From: Lama guanicoe
Taxonomy: Eukaryota
NCBI GenBank assembly: GCA_013239625.1
Contig: MU056000.1
Location: forward strand, 7,727,214 to 7,791,213
Length of the DNA: 64,000 bases
Reading direction: 5' to 3'
Part shown: one piece after another, positions 26,201 to 39,575 of the stretch
Layout: each line of letters starts with the position of its first letter
Numbering within the stretch: the stretch's first letter is position 1
Notes under the pieces: model-generated
Database searches by the model: none
What the model was told of the DNA's origin: nothing
The model's input: only the letters and a program-made list of their open reading frames with translations
Made by a program: the position numbers and the translations under genes

Positions 26201-29200
26201 GAGCTGCATTAATTTTTTTAAAAATGAACCTTCTTTTATGTTCCTTCTAGTTGCTTTAATTGATTAATGATTTATCTAAATAGAAAGAGAGAAGGGGAGA
26301 GAGAGGGACAGTCAGGGTTAGAAGGGAGGCTGGGAATCAGCGGTTGCTGCGGGCAGAGGCTGACACAAATGCTGGGAGAGACACTCAAGTTCCTTATGCT
26401 CCTTCTAATGACCGTGACTTGAAAAAGCACGCACGACCTTATGACACATATCAGAACCTCTCTCACATGCCTGAATTGGTAAGCAGTCGGTCTGAGAAAA
26501 TGATTCAAACTGTAATTCAACCCTCTGAATAGAAATCATATTGAGGAAAGCAAATCTTACAGGTTCGCGGTATATGCTATTCAGTCCTTCCAAGAGTTAC
26601 CACGTCCAAATAAATAACCTGTTCCATCTGTTTGGAAGACAAAAGGGATTGTATTTTTCAGCACCTTGAGATCTTACGCAGAAGATTTCACTGAATTACA
26701 CTTTGAGAAATTCTCACATTGTTGAAGTGTCAAGAAGTAAGGGAATGAGTAGAAATACGGAGGAGAAGGTGGCTAAGATACGCATATTTAATTTGTCTAA
26801 GAATCACTCTAAAAATAAAAACCACAGTTAATTAACAGGAGGCTTGCTGAAGCACCTTTTTGAACTGGAAACAAATGGATTTTTGAGAAATATTGAAAAT
26901 GAGGCAAGTAACTGGTGTAATACATTTTAATGGGATTTAAATCACTTGATTAAATATTAACCATGATAGCAAAAAACTATTATCTCAATTCACTGCTTAA
27001 TTTTAGCAGAAAGGAAGTAAAGGTGAAAATTTAAACACCGATTCCAGCTTCAGGGGAGAAACCTACAAAGGCTTATTATTTTTAGGTCCAGATTGCTATC
27101 TAACAAAGATCCAAAACTCCCCTGGGATGAACATTTCAATGGTGTGTCTGAGACAGATGAGGTTGGTATTTCTGTAAGAAAAGTTTGTTTTCAGGGGTAG
27201 AATCGGAAATTAGTCCTCTGGCTAGATATCAGCACATCTGGATAATGGTCGTGCACTGATTAATGCAAAGAGTCTGATGAAGAAGTGCAACATTGTATTC
27301 CATGTTCTCACTTTCTCAAACTGACCTACCCCTCTGCCAAAATAAAAAGTAGTCTCCACAAAGGGCACAAAGAGAGGGAATCAGCTAGAGGTCTTCTTCA
27401 TATATTACTACTCATAGTTTACGTTACGGAGTGCTTTACCTTTTTCAAGAAAATTCACTTCTGTTTCAGTTTCTGCTTTGCACCTCCCCAGGGGTACAGA
27501 AAAGGCAGGTACCGTTTCCAATTTACATACAGACAGATGCAGTCTAAAGAGATTAAATGGTGTGTGTGAGGCTGCAGGACTATCTCTTGGCTTTGGTATC
27601 TTTCTGTGAGTCTCTTGGCCAGAAACTTCTCTCTCCCACCAGCCCTCCTCACTCCCACCTCTGAGCTCTTTCCACAGGTATAATCTGTCCTGCCTGTAAG
27701 ACACCTACCCCAAAGCTCACTGATTCGGACGACACGTTCACTGAAGTTGCACCTAATCAGCTTGCGTGTGTAACTGATCTTTCCAACAATAATATAAACA
27801 GGACAGGATGGCATCTAATAACCTTACACTTCCTGATAAATGAATAAACAATTTACTGAGCTCTCTGACTACACAATGTGAGATGCAACCACAGCGCTGT
27901 GATGAGAATGCATTCACATTTATTATCCTGCTGCGGTCGTCACCTACCTCTGTGACAGGTCCCTGGAACACCAGTTCGACCGGATGCTGTATTCTAAGGG
28001 TTTCACTGTAGCACGTGTGTGGGAAATGCCGCACTTGACACTTGGAGGCTTACAATGTATGGCAGCAAAGCGAAGGCCCTTCCCAGTCCGACAGTTACAC
28101 AAAATGCAACCACTTGGTGAACTGAGTTTAACCTCGAGTTTCCCAAATTTATCTGAAAAGAGGACCCTTTCTGGGCATGACACCCATTCTCCTCCCAGAG
28201 GACTGGGGTCTGGGGGCCTCACTCGGGGTGGTCCTGCTGGATGAGGGCAGCTGCATTTCTGCTCGTGTTACTATTATTCCTCCATGTCACCAAATACCCA
28301 CACATCTGTCCCACCAAAGACATCCTAGCTTCACAGCAACCTGACTTACTGTGGATGAAACTCAGAAGTGCTCTGCCCATGCCAAGGACAGCTGGAGAGA
28401 ATGCATGGTAGGTAGTGCATTTTTAAGCACTGGCTGTTAGGAGTTGCTCACTGTAAACACACCTTGTTCCTAAATGCATCAGGCTTTTTCTGACTTCATA
28501 CATTCACCCCTTACCCCCATTCTTTGCTCACAGAGGACTTCGTAAACCAGAGAGATAAATGTCACAGAAGAAGGATATATGGTTATCCGCCTATAATTCC
28601 ACCTTCCTCAGCAATCAGTGAGTTGCTTATGGAAGAATCCCCAGGGCAGGTTCTCAAATAGAGGAAGTTCATAGATGGAAATTCACTTAATGTTATGTCC
28701 CAAGTTGATTTTCTTCCTAGGACCTGCCAGCCAAGTCAAGTGCTGGTTTCCACTAGGCAGTTCTGATTTATGTTACTGAACTGAGTTTGGATACCAGTGG
28801 GTCTTATCTGGATTTGGGGGACTGGCTCCCCAAGGTCTGATTTTGTTTCTATAAACCCTGGGCATGAAAGATCCACCTTCACAGTTGAAATAAATGTCAG
28901 AGAGCAGGTAACTCGAGGTAGTGTGGGGTCGACTGAAGCCATCAATCCATCTAACCTTCTAACACACATCATGGACACTAAATTATATGCCAGGGGCCTG
29001 AACTTATTCCATATCTTATAAACCCCCCGTCTCCCTTATGCTGAGGAAATAATCTCCTTCTCTAGATACAAGACGGTGTAGAGCAGTTCTCACTAACAAA
29101 AGTGATCATTCCTTTTCTTTAAGAAAAAAATCTTCTCTTCATTTGTCCTACTTTGAGATTGATTTTTAAGTCTTTATTTATATAACTCAATGTCTAGGTC

Positions 29201-30929
29201 AAAGATTATTTTTTAGTTTCTGTCCATATGTAATTTTTTTTTAGAATAAAGAAATGTGGTATCTTTTATATTTTTGATAGTAGGAAGAATGCCAATTATG
29301 GTTTGAGGTTCCTTATTGGAACCCAAAGATAATGACAAATCATTTTAATAAAAATGGGTTGTGTTTTAGATATTTCTCCAAATTTCCTGGCTAGTGAAAA
29401 ACACTCCTCCTGTGAACTAAAAAATATATTGGGCTATAGAACATTGCTTGTTTCTTTATTAAGTAACCACAGTGGATCTTTCATATGAAATTGTCAGCAT
29501 TATTAATGTATCTAGAATTCTACTGTTTATATATTGTAGGTTTCTGTGTGTGTACAACTAAAACTTAAGGGATTTACACTTTTATGAATTTAAAACTCTG
29601 GTAAGTGTGTTTGTGCTATACTAAAATAAAATCAACAACTCATAATTATGTGGACAATCCACAAGGTGATAGACAGAAAAAAGATAAGGTATGATGATAA
29701 TGAATAAAAAGAGGCCAAGTAGATACAAAAGCAGAAGCAAAAAATGAGCCCAGAGAACCAGAAATGGACCAAAGTTGATTTCCACCAGTCCTACTCGATC
29801 AAAATGACTAAATATTAGCTCTGAGCCCAGCTGACGACACATTCATTACGAACAACATTTAATATTGCAAAATTCTAGGAAAAGAAAAAAAAACTGGACA
29901 GTCCTTTGGCAGTTTCTTTATTGTAAAGGGATTTCACTTGGAGCAAAGGAGGAAGATACACTGAACAGAAGAGACTGTAAAGAAGATTAAAACAAGGTAG
30001 GAAAATATTAGACAGAGTTTTGGTAGATCAGTTGCCCCCAAGCCCAGCAGAACAGCTGGTGGTTGAGTTTTCTTACCTAAACGGTTGCAGTTTTTGAAAA
30101 CAGGAAGCATGCACTTGTCTCAGGCAGAAGAGAGAGGGGGTCTGTCTGAGAGTGACCTGCACACTCGAGTGACGGCAGCCTCCGCCCTGCGGGGATCTGA
30201 CTATCCTGGCTGGCTGCTCTCACCGCGGTGTGGTCTGCTGGTGGGAGGGCCACCTCCTCGGTAGGAATGACTTCTTCCCAGTGTCAACTTCTAGAACGGA
30301 CACTGCAGGCATAGCCCTGGCGCTCTGTCAAGCTGATTCAGCATGATCGAAAAGAATCACCCAGGAGCCTACACTCTGGTCTACAAACAGTTAATGATTA
30401 TAATGCAATGATGGTGGTCAGCAACGTCAAAACAAACCCCAAATCTACGCAAATCCAAACCAAGCATCGAGCAAAAACAACTGGGAGTCTTCGCGTGATC
30501 GAAATGCTTTCTGCGTGCCGCGTGTAGTCCAGGGTGGCATCTCTGCTACCTTATTTTCAAAGTCAATAGGAACGCAGAGTATGCTTCCAGGAATGTGCGG
30601 GCCGTCAGCTCTTCTGAAAGGGTGATGATTCGGTGGTGCTACTCTGGCCTAACTTAGTGCCACTAACTACCTGGAGATCTCACAGCAGCTCCTTTCCTTC
30701 CAGGGACAAATGGCAAAGGCCAAGTACAGGAGCTGCGAGGTGGGCGGGGCCTGGAATTAACAGCCTTATTCAAGGAAGGGAAACCGTGACCTGGGAGAGG
30801 GCAGAGAGCCATCTGGCGCTCCTGCTCGTCCTCAGGGAAGTCAGGCCAGAGCCCAGCTGGAGAGGAATTCGGGACTTCAGGGAGGTGTCCCCTTAGCCAC
30901 CGTGGGTGATGCTCAGGTGTCGGAAATCT

Positions 30930-31320
30930 ATTTCTATCAGAAATTTATTTTCTCACAGTTCTTGAGGCCAGAAGTCTGAAATCAAGGTGTTGGCAGGGCC
31001 CAGCTCCTTCAAGGCTCCAGGAGAGCCTCTTCCAGCTTCTGGTGGCTCCTGGCATTTACCGACTCGTGGCTGCGTCACCCTAGTCTCCGCCTCCATCTTC
31101 CCAGGGCCATCTCCTCTGTGTGTCTGTGTCATCTCCAACTCTGCCAAGTGACACTTGTCACTGATTTAGGGCCCGCCTGAGTAGTTGTGATCATCTCATC
31201 CCAAGATCCTTAACTTAATTACATCTGCAGAGATTCTTTTTCCAAATAAGGTCACATTCAGACATTGTGAGGATTTGAATGTAGATCTGTATTTTGAGGA
31301 GCCACCATTCAACTCACTGC
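30930..31320 (-). mobile_element. MLT1-type (ERVL-MaLR) LTR
   Basis: cagaaatttattttctcacagttc...aatcaaggtgttggcagggcc...ttaattacatctgcagaga...ccaaataaggtcacattc are diagnostic MLT1 motifs in reverse orientation. Confidence 0.85.
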
Positions 31321-31812
31321 TCCCTCCTTTGTTTCTCCTTGCCCTTTATTTTTCTTGAAGAATATTCTTTCTCTTCTCTGTCATCTCTTCTTTCCTTCCT
31401 TCTTTAGTTGGAGACTCGGGACTGTCACCCTTGTGGGTTCTAACCAAGAAAATTAAGTGGCTGACCACATCCCCATCCTGTGGTGAAGGGCAGATTGGCT
31501 GCTTGCTTAGCAGCTAGTGTGGCCATTTTGGGTGGAATGGGGTGAAAATGGGAATGGTGCTGGTTATGAGTGGAACTGTGTATCTATCTCCCCCCACCCC
31601 TTGCCCATTCATAAGTTGAGGTCCTAACCCTCCTTTACTCCAGAATGTGGCCTTCTTTGGAGATGGAGTCATTGTAGATGCCATTATTCAAGATGAGGTC
31701 ATACTGGAATAGGGTAGGTCTCTAATCTGGTGTGACTGGAGTCCTTAGAAAAAGGAGAAATTTGGAGACAGACACACACATAGGGAGAACACTGTGCAAA
31801 GATGGAGGCAGA

Positions 31813-31997
31813 CCATTGACAGAGGACAGGATAAAGAAGCTGTGGTATATTTATACAATGGAATACTACTCAGCCATAAAAATTAAAACAATGCCATTTG
31901 CAGCAACCTGGATGGACCTTGAGATGGTCATACTAAGTGAAGTAAGCCAGAAAGAGAACGAAAAATACCACATGGTATCACTTATATGTGGAATCTT

Positions 31998-32048
<51 letters not shown>

Positions 32049-32102
32049 AAGAGAGAAAGAGAAAGAAAGAGAGAAAGAAAGAAAGAAAGAAAGAAAGAAA
32101 AA

Positions 32103-32134
<32 letters not shown>

Positions 32135-32419
32135 AAAGAAAGAAAAGAAAGAAAGGAAGACAGACACTAAGGAACTTACCTGCAAAACAGAAACAGACTC
32201 ACAGAAATAGTAAACAAACCTATGGTGACTGGAGGGAAAGGGGGTGGGAAGGGATAAATTGGGAGTTCAAGATTTGCAAATACTAATTACTATATATAAA
32301 ATAGATAAACAACAAGTTTCTACTGTATAGCACAGGGAACTGTATTGAGTATCTCATAGCAACTTATAATGGAAAAGAATATGAAAACAAATATTTCTGT
32401 TACAAATAGTTAAAAAAAT
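31813..32419 (+). mobile_element. 5'-truncated L1 3' end with expanded (GAAA)n
   Basis: ORF2 C-terminus KKLWYIYTMEYYSAIK...PFAATWMDLE plus 3'UTR; 15-bp TSD aaagatggaggcaga/aaagatgaagacaga (2 mismatches). Confidence 0.9.
31998..32160. repeat. Compound (GAAA)n/(GA)n microsatellite, about 160 bp
   Basis: Directly visible purine-only tract. Confidence 0.95.
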
Positions 32420-34110
32420 AAAGATGAAGACAGAGATCAAGGTGATGGTTCTACAAGCCAAGAGATGCCTCTGATGGCCAGCAAACACCAGGAGCTAGGG
32501 GAGAGACTGGACCACATTCTCCCTCCTGGTCTCAGAAGGAACCAGCCCCGCTGACACCGTCTGGCCTCCAGAACCACGAGGCAATAAATATGTTTTCTTT
32601 AATCTCCCAGTTAGCAGCACTTTGTTACAGCAGCCGCAGCAAATGAACCCACTGGGCAACATTTGGGTTCAGGTCCACGTTTGGAGCGGCTTCTTTGAAG
32701 AGGAACCACAAATAACAGTTACCTATCTTTCACTTTATTTGACAAAATTCATGTTTCCTTCGTCGTATGTGATCCCATGTAATCTGTCACTTTACTGTCA
32801 GCACGCTCGGAAACCCCCTTGAAGGACCTCCCCAGCTTCTAGGTCTCTAAGATTGGTGTTTAAGACAAAGTAAGCAAAAGGAAACACACATCCCTTAAAT
32901 GAAAACGACGACGTTTCAGCCCGTGTCGTCGGCTGCGATCGTCGCTGTCGTTACCACTGGACTCTGCTTCGTCCGACTTTGTTAGAAGGAAGACTCTCTC
33001 TGTGTCCCCCAGAGCCAGCTGTGCACAGACCCAGCTCATGGTGCAAAGACAAACTCAAGACCAATTTCTCTAGAAAGTCCTGAACAGCAACAGAAAGCCT
33101 GGGTGTTTGCGTGGGGATAACCTCCAACGTTGCCGGGAACAGAGAATCAAGTTGCAATTCTGTCCTAAGCTACTCCTCTCGACGGAGTCTCCTCAGGGAT
33201 TTCAGGAGCGTTAGGCGGACAGACTGCATTACAGCTAAGACCTCTGTGGGGAAGGCTGTGCTTCTCCTAGGGAAGCAGGTGACTGCAACAAGGCCATTAT
33301 CCACCAAGGGGTTTCTTGTCTACCTGGTAACAGGTGCAGATCTGGGTATATGGAGAATTTGGGAAGCATACATCAATACTGTGACTTCGTGCACTGGGAG
33401 GTCAGTAAAAACAAAAACCACTGCACTAAGCGACGCACCATCTAATCTCTCCGTCTAAACAGCAGCCATGAATAAACAGAGCAGAACCCACCCACCCACC
33501 ACCAACGCAAACACCAGCCCCACATCCCAAACCAGCCCTTAAAACTGAAGCCTAAGCTCTTCCCCAAGTGAAGGCAGTTGCTTTCAGAGATTTGAATGAT
33601 CTCAAATGTTAGTCCTAAATTTAGTGTTATGTTGTTTTATTTTTACCATAAAAATCTTACATGCATGTATTTTTTGGGGAGTAATGTATTTAGTTGCCAG
33701 GGAAACTAAAAAGGTCTATGCAGGGTGAGAGAAATGGTTCGGAGAGAACTGGCACAGAAGTGCTTCTGGACTGTTCTCTCATGGTGCAGTCACCTGCCCA
33801 CGAGTGCTCATCATACCCTCTTGAGCCACGGACCTCCCCGCCCTGCACGGCTTCTGGGGTGAGCCCGCAGGCAGAGGAGGGTGTGCTGACTCAAGCATGG
33901 ATGAGACGACACAGTGCAATCATTAATAGGGGTCGAACCTGTGCTATTTCCAGCTAATGTCATCTGGTACCAAAAGCAGTGCTTTGGTGGGTTTCCTAGT
34001 CTTGGTGGTTTTCAGAATTATAAGACAGGAGCTAATAATGCTGCTGGGGAGGGATCGGATGTCTCAGGTTCTCAGGGCTTTGCAGGAGATGTCTGCACTG
34101 AACCCAGAGC

Positions 34111-34326
34111 CAGCATCTTCAGCGTGGGCACTATTACTACTTGGGCTGGACCACGCTTTGTTGTGGGGGGCTGTCCTGTGCGCTGCAGGGTGGCCAGTGG
34201 CATCCCTGACTTCCACACACTAGATGCCAGTAGCAAATCCCCTACACCAAAAACAAAATTGTCTCCAGACTTTTCCAAATATTGCCCAGGTGGGAGGGGG
34301 AAGCTGTCCCTGGTTGAGAACTGTTG
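34111..34326 (+). mobile_element. MER20-like hAT DNA transposon
   Basis: tttgttgtggggggctgtcctgtgcgctgcagg...cactagatgccagtagca...tgtctccagac...ggttgagaactg. Confidence 0.85.
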
Positions 34327-34344
34327 CTCTAGAGTCACAATGAG

Positions 34345-34710
34345 GGGGTCTCTGTCCTCTTGGCTGCTGTAACAAAATGCCACAGATTTGGTGACTTAAA
34401 CAATAGGCATTTGTTTCTCACAGAACCTGAGGATGGAAAGTTCAAGATCAAGGTGCTGGGAGACTGGGTTCCTGGTGTTCCAGGCTTGTCGATAGCACTT
34501 TCCCTGTGTGCTCACACGGCCTTTTCTAGGTGCACGTGTGTCTTCTTCTCATAAGGGCACTAATCCCACCCGGAGGGGCTCACCCACCTGACCTCATCCT
34601 ACACATCACCTTCCAGAGGTCCCGCCTCCAAATACCACCACACTGAGGGTTTTAGAGCTTCACCATATGGACTGGGGGTGCAGTGCCTAAACATTCACCT
34701 CATCACACCA
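34345..34710 (-). mobile_element. MLT1-type LTR
   Basis: ggctgctgtaacaaaatgccacaga...ttaaacaa...tttctcacag...aagttcaagatcaaggtgctgg...ataagggcactaatccca. Confidence 0.8.
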
Positions 34711-36058
34711 GGTAACTACTAGAAATGGGTGAATGTAAGTCACTCTCTGAAAGTCATGAGACAGTTGTATCAAGTTGCTCTTCTTTTCACTGAGGTCTCC
34801 CCGAGTCTATTCTGTACTCCTCACTTTGCCGCAGCCACCTCGGAAGCCTCCGGAACATCTTGCCTCACGGACTTTGTGTGATTAGAAGGGCAGACGAGGA
34901 TATGATTTGGTGTAACTGACATAATACAAATTGCTTGTCAACTTTCCTCTCTCCCTTGTCTGAAGAGTGCAATATAAGAAAAATAAATGTCTAAACATGC
35001 ATTGGCATGGACGGTGTACTAACTTTCTACCTGATGAATGAAAACGTAAGACTTGTCAAGTGTGTTGGAAGAACCCTCTTGCTCACCAGTGGCAAGGAAA
35101 TCGCGCCCTCCCCAAGGAGACCGCCGGGAGCCCTTGAGTTTACACCACTCACCAGGCGTATTTACCATCTACCTGTGCATCACGGATGCGGAAGCATGTG
35201 CTCATCCTTTATCTACAAGACTGCCTGAAATTCCTGCAAGTCTGCAAATACTTTCCATTTTCCAGACACCCAACCAGCAAACGGCCTGTGTTCAATAAAT
35301 AACTGGTTTCAAAACCACACGTGCAAAAGTTACGCAAAGAGTGCTTTTTCCTTACGCAGGAATTACCTTACCGTTTATCTCTCCTGGTACTTAGTTATTT
35401 CTCTTAAATATTAAATTTGTAAGCCACAAGCTATTTATTCTCTGTTTTAGTGAAAATACACACTGTTTTTCCCTGTGTGATTACAGACTAGAGTTAACAA
35501 ATAATAATGGAAGCATTTCCAGTGCCGGGCTCACAGTAGGGCCCAACAGAAGTTCAACGAAAAAATCTAACGTGTTTAAGAAAGCATCTCCTCAGTAATC
35601 TCTTCTTAGCGATTTGTTTTGTAAACAGCTTGGACATTAGAATTCTGTATGTTTTATTAGCCCATGGAGTTTTAACTGAATGCCTTTTTTCCTTCCTTCC
35701 CTACTAATCTCTGATCTACTTCTTTCTTCTTTTTCCACCCAGATCTGTTGGTCCCTAGATCTTTTGACCAAAAATTCATGAACACTTCTTTGCAAGAAAC
35801 ATACTTAGGGGTGTCCACCGACTCAGGGCCCAGTGGAAAATAGATCCAAGGAGACAACAAGATATGTTAAATCTTTCCCCCTGGCTAACTCTCTGGTTCT
35901 TAGATATTTCTTACAATTAGTGCCCACTGCTGCAGACTGGCCTAAGTGTTTGATATCGAAGGGAGAAAAAAACCTTTTGGTAGATAATTTACTCCATGTT
36001 CTCTGGTTATATTTAGCTTTATTCTAACTGTAACTAAAATTTATTTTAAAGTAAGGTA

Positions 36059-36361
36059 TTTTTACAAAACAGAAATAGACTCATAGACATAGAATACAAA
36101 CTTGTGGTTGCCAAGGGGGCAGGGGGTGGGAAGGGACAGACTGGGATTTCAAAATGTAGAATAGATAAACAAGAGTAGACTGTGTAGCACAGGGAAATAT
36201 ATACAAGATCTTGTGGTAGCTCACAGAGAAAAAAAATGTGACAATGAATATATATATATATATATATATGTTCATATATAACTAAAAAATTGTGCTCTAC
36301 ACTGGAATTTGACACAACATTGTAAAATGCCTACAACTCAATAAAAAGTGTTTTAAAAAAA
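36059..36361 (+). mobile_element. Relatively young 5'-truncated L1 3' end (camelid-like 3'UTR)
   Basis: acagaaatagactcatagacatagaatacaaacttgtggttgcc...ctcaataaaaa; 12-bp TSD taaagtaaggta/taaagtaaagta. Confidence 0.85.
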
Positions 36362-36424
36362 TAAAGTAAAGTAATTTTAAAAATCAGAGCCCTGTTACCT
36401 TGTAACTTTTACATATGTCCCCAC

Positions 36425-36971
36425 TGAGAGACCAAATATACAAATAGACAGTGGCCAGGCCATGTATAAAAATGGAACCTTGATCCACAACCTGCAGCCA
36501 CCTTCCCAGGACGCCAGCCCCTTATCTACAGTAAACCCAGGAAGCCAGCCTGCTCTAAGTCAGACTTACAGGAAAGTCACATTGTCTCCAGTGACAATCC
36601 AGGAAGCTAAATAATAACTTCTGTAACAACTGTCCCCAAATAGCTAGTACTTGATGAATAACTGGCAGCTTCCCTAATTTAAGGACCAACTTAAAACTAA
36701 CCAGAGAAAGCCAATTGGTTAATGAACCCCTAACCAATCATACAGGATGCCCCACTTCTCTTAGCCCTCCTCCAATTTCCCCAGGCCCACAGCCTCCCAT
36801 CAGGGCCCACTGGAAGCCTCCCCTTTTCTCCACTATGAAGCTCTCCCTCTCCCTTGCGTGCCTGTGAGTCTCTGCTAAACACAAGTGATGGTGGTTGACT
36901 CCCCGGATAGAGGGAGCTCAGAACAGACAGCCTCTGCTTTTTCCATTGGGTTGGTCTTTGCTCATTTCTGC
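36425..36971 (+). mobile_element. ERV1-type solo LTR (MER31/MER67-like)
   Basis: TG...CA bounded; ccacaacctgcagc, ccaggaagcc and taaccaatca motifs typical of this LTR group. Confidence 0.6.
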
Positions 36972-39345
36972 ACCACCCACCCCACCAGCATGAGCAGGTG
37001 TGCATTCTTGAGCAGACTGCCCACACTGGCTGGTGGCCTTTCCTCCCAAAGGTCTCAAGGAGGCTCTTCATTTTAAAAATGCTGCCAACTCTAACAACAT
37101 CTGCCCAATGGCTATGAGCGCCGGGGGGGGGGGGCATCCCTGAAGAGCAGAATGTGCAGAGAGATACAGGAGCGAACGGAAATGGGAGGGAATTCTGGAC
37201 GGGACAAAAGCCATCAGCTACACTGCAATTCCGCCAGGACAACGAGCGTGTGAGCAGTGGACGCGTACTCCCTGGTTAACTTCACTCATCACGGTGGGGA
37301 GTGGAGCCGAACTGACAAGAACCGTGGCCCTGACGGACGGGAGCTTCAACCACCCAGTGAGCCACTGGTTCAGTCTCCTGCGTTTGGAATTTCTCTTGCA
37401 TGTCCACCTCTAGTGGAAAGAACATGAGAAACAGAAAAATGCAGGCCTTTGACACTTACAAGTCTGTAGGATATATGAAGATGTTCTGACACTAGGAGAT
37501 CGGAATTGTGAAAGACGTTTTATGAGAACTGAGACATTGCCCTCTGCTTTTATAGAATTAAAGGTGTTTTTAGCTACAGATTCGGTAATGTCTGTTCTCT
37601 ATGAATTTAAAGCATGAATACCGATTGTTGGTTCATTCAACAAATATTTATTGACAGTGTGAGATTTTCTTGGCCTTGGATTTTTTTAGAAGGCAAACAG
37701 AAGTGTCATGATCAGACCTGTGTCCCAAAGCAACTGACAATAAACTTCTTAATAAATTTTACTTAAAAAACACTCAATTTTTGCTCATTGTTTCTTCCCG
37801 ACTTAAAGCTGTGCATTTAATAAATCTTGTCGCCCCATTACGTTTATTTTCTGTGAACTCCCGCAGTACATAAAGTGTGCACTGTACCTGGATATCTGTG
37901 TGAAGTGTGCTTTCTTGAGCCAGGGTTTGGTTTCGAGCTGAAGCGGTTCCACTCCCTGAGAGCAGAGACCCCCATCACACTTTTCATGCCTACTTGGGAG
38001 GGAGTAATTGAGTGTGGCGGGAGAGATGAGGACACTGGAGCCCAAAGGCTGTTAAAGTTAAATAAAAATGAATTTTGGATCATTGATAGCTTTGTGTTAC
38101 CTGAACTTCTATTTCATCTCCATGTCATCTGGCTAATGGTCCACAACGAAAGAGATGCAGGTACCCTTTTGGGCCACAGAGAACCCTCTGCCCCCGACTC
38201 TCAACTCCTCGCCATCCCTTCCTGCGCACACATAGTGTGGACAGGGAGAATTCATGTGTGGCTGACTGTCTCATGAATGTCACTTAATTATCTCACTGTT
38301 CTCCTAACAGCACCTTGGCTGTTCAACAAGGAAATTCTGGGAAACACCCATGAGGTCTTCCATGGAAAGCATCAACAGTCTGTGCCTGTGAAGCAAGCCC
38401 TGAATTCCTGTTTGTACCAATCCCGAGCTGCGGCAAGTCTCAGCATCAAAAGACCACCTCATCAAGAGCTTCAACTACATCTGACACCTCCTCCCCACCC
38501 CGAGGCACTGACAAGGCTGCGCTGAGCGGTGCTGTCCCTTCCCACGATGAGCAATGAACTCAGCTTTGTTTTAGCAGCAGGTTGTGCCTGACTGTGAGAT
38601 TTGGGGGAGCCAGCACTGACGCCACTGAGGACCATTTTTTTCTCAAGAGAAACTCAAGTGAGAAAGAGCATTTGAAGTAACAAGCCTTGTGTTCTTCTCC
38701 TTACTAGATATACTGTAAAGAACTGCTGGGTGACAGTTGAGGTTTGTCCGTTTTCATTAAGAAGGTGGTATTTTTGGTCTGTGCTCGTAACGCTTTCTTT
38801 CCCCACCATGAGTTGATTTATTTCTTCTTATTTAGGATAAACCAGCCCCAAGTAGGGCAACAGCTAGTTTAGTTTCAGATTTAATCAGCCTCTTTTAACG
38901 ATATGACTGAATGTAGGCAGTTTTCTGGAAGTTTCAAAGAGAAATTAGACTAGGAAAAGGATGCTCAGCATGGTTTGCTGTAAGCTGGCTGCCAGGCCAG
39001 CTTAATCTCAGATGACTAATCGATTTGGTCTCATTTGAAGCTTAAAGTAAAGGTGCTTTCCTTTTTTTTCTTTTCTAATAATTTCTTTCCAGGCTTTGAT
39101 GTTTTTGTAAGTGGAGGCAAGCTTATTAGAGAAGTTTCAGAGGGGAAAAAAAAGAAGCCTTAAATGGTGCCAGGAGTGAAATAGACGAATTTCAGTGTCT
39201 GTAGGAAGAGGCTGAGCTCTTTGGTACAAAGCGCAGCATACTCCGTACCAAAGAAGGAATTCAGCCACCCTGGATAACGCACTCAGATCCTTCCTGAGAA
39301 TCCTCATCTCAAAGGATTTGCCTAAAAATGTACTTTTTACCTGAG

Positions 39346-39575
39346 TTTTTTTTTTAACTTTTTATTGAAGTATAGTCAATTTACAATGTTGTGTTAGTTT
39401 CTGGGTTATAGCACAGTGATTCAGTTTTATAAATATATATATTTATATATATATATATATATATATAGTTATTACAAGGTATTAAATATAGTTCCCTGTG
39501 CTCCACAGTAGGACCTTGTTGTTTATCTACGTTACATATATAAGTTAAACTGGGAGTTTAGAATTTGTAGACACT
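39346..39575 (-). mobile_element. Short L1 tail with 5' inversion
   Basis: Poly(T) plus reversed L1 3'UTR at 39346-39546, then a forward-oriented upstream L1 piece aaactgggagtttagaatttgtagacact at 39547-39575. Confidence 0.8.

Larger units (their letters stand above)
31558..32651 (+). mobile_element. MLT1-type LTR interrupted by an L1 tail
   Basis: 5' half 31558-31812 (aagatgaggtcatactggaatagggt...) and 3' half 32420-32651 (ctcagaaggaaccagccccgctgacacc...tttgttacagcagcc). Confidence 0.85.

Noticed and set aside
30072..30135. Strong-looking minus-strand donor (TAG|gtaaga) with an upstream pyrimidine tract
   Set aside because: The only nearby acceptor is GAG and there is no coding resemblance; typical pseudo-exon background.
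31732..32286. 184-aa K/E/R-rich ORF
   Set aside because: Product of an MLT1/L1 junction plus the stop-free (GAAA)n microsatellite.
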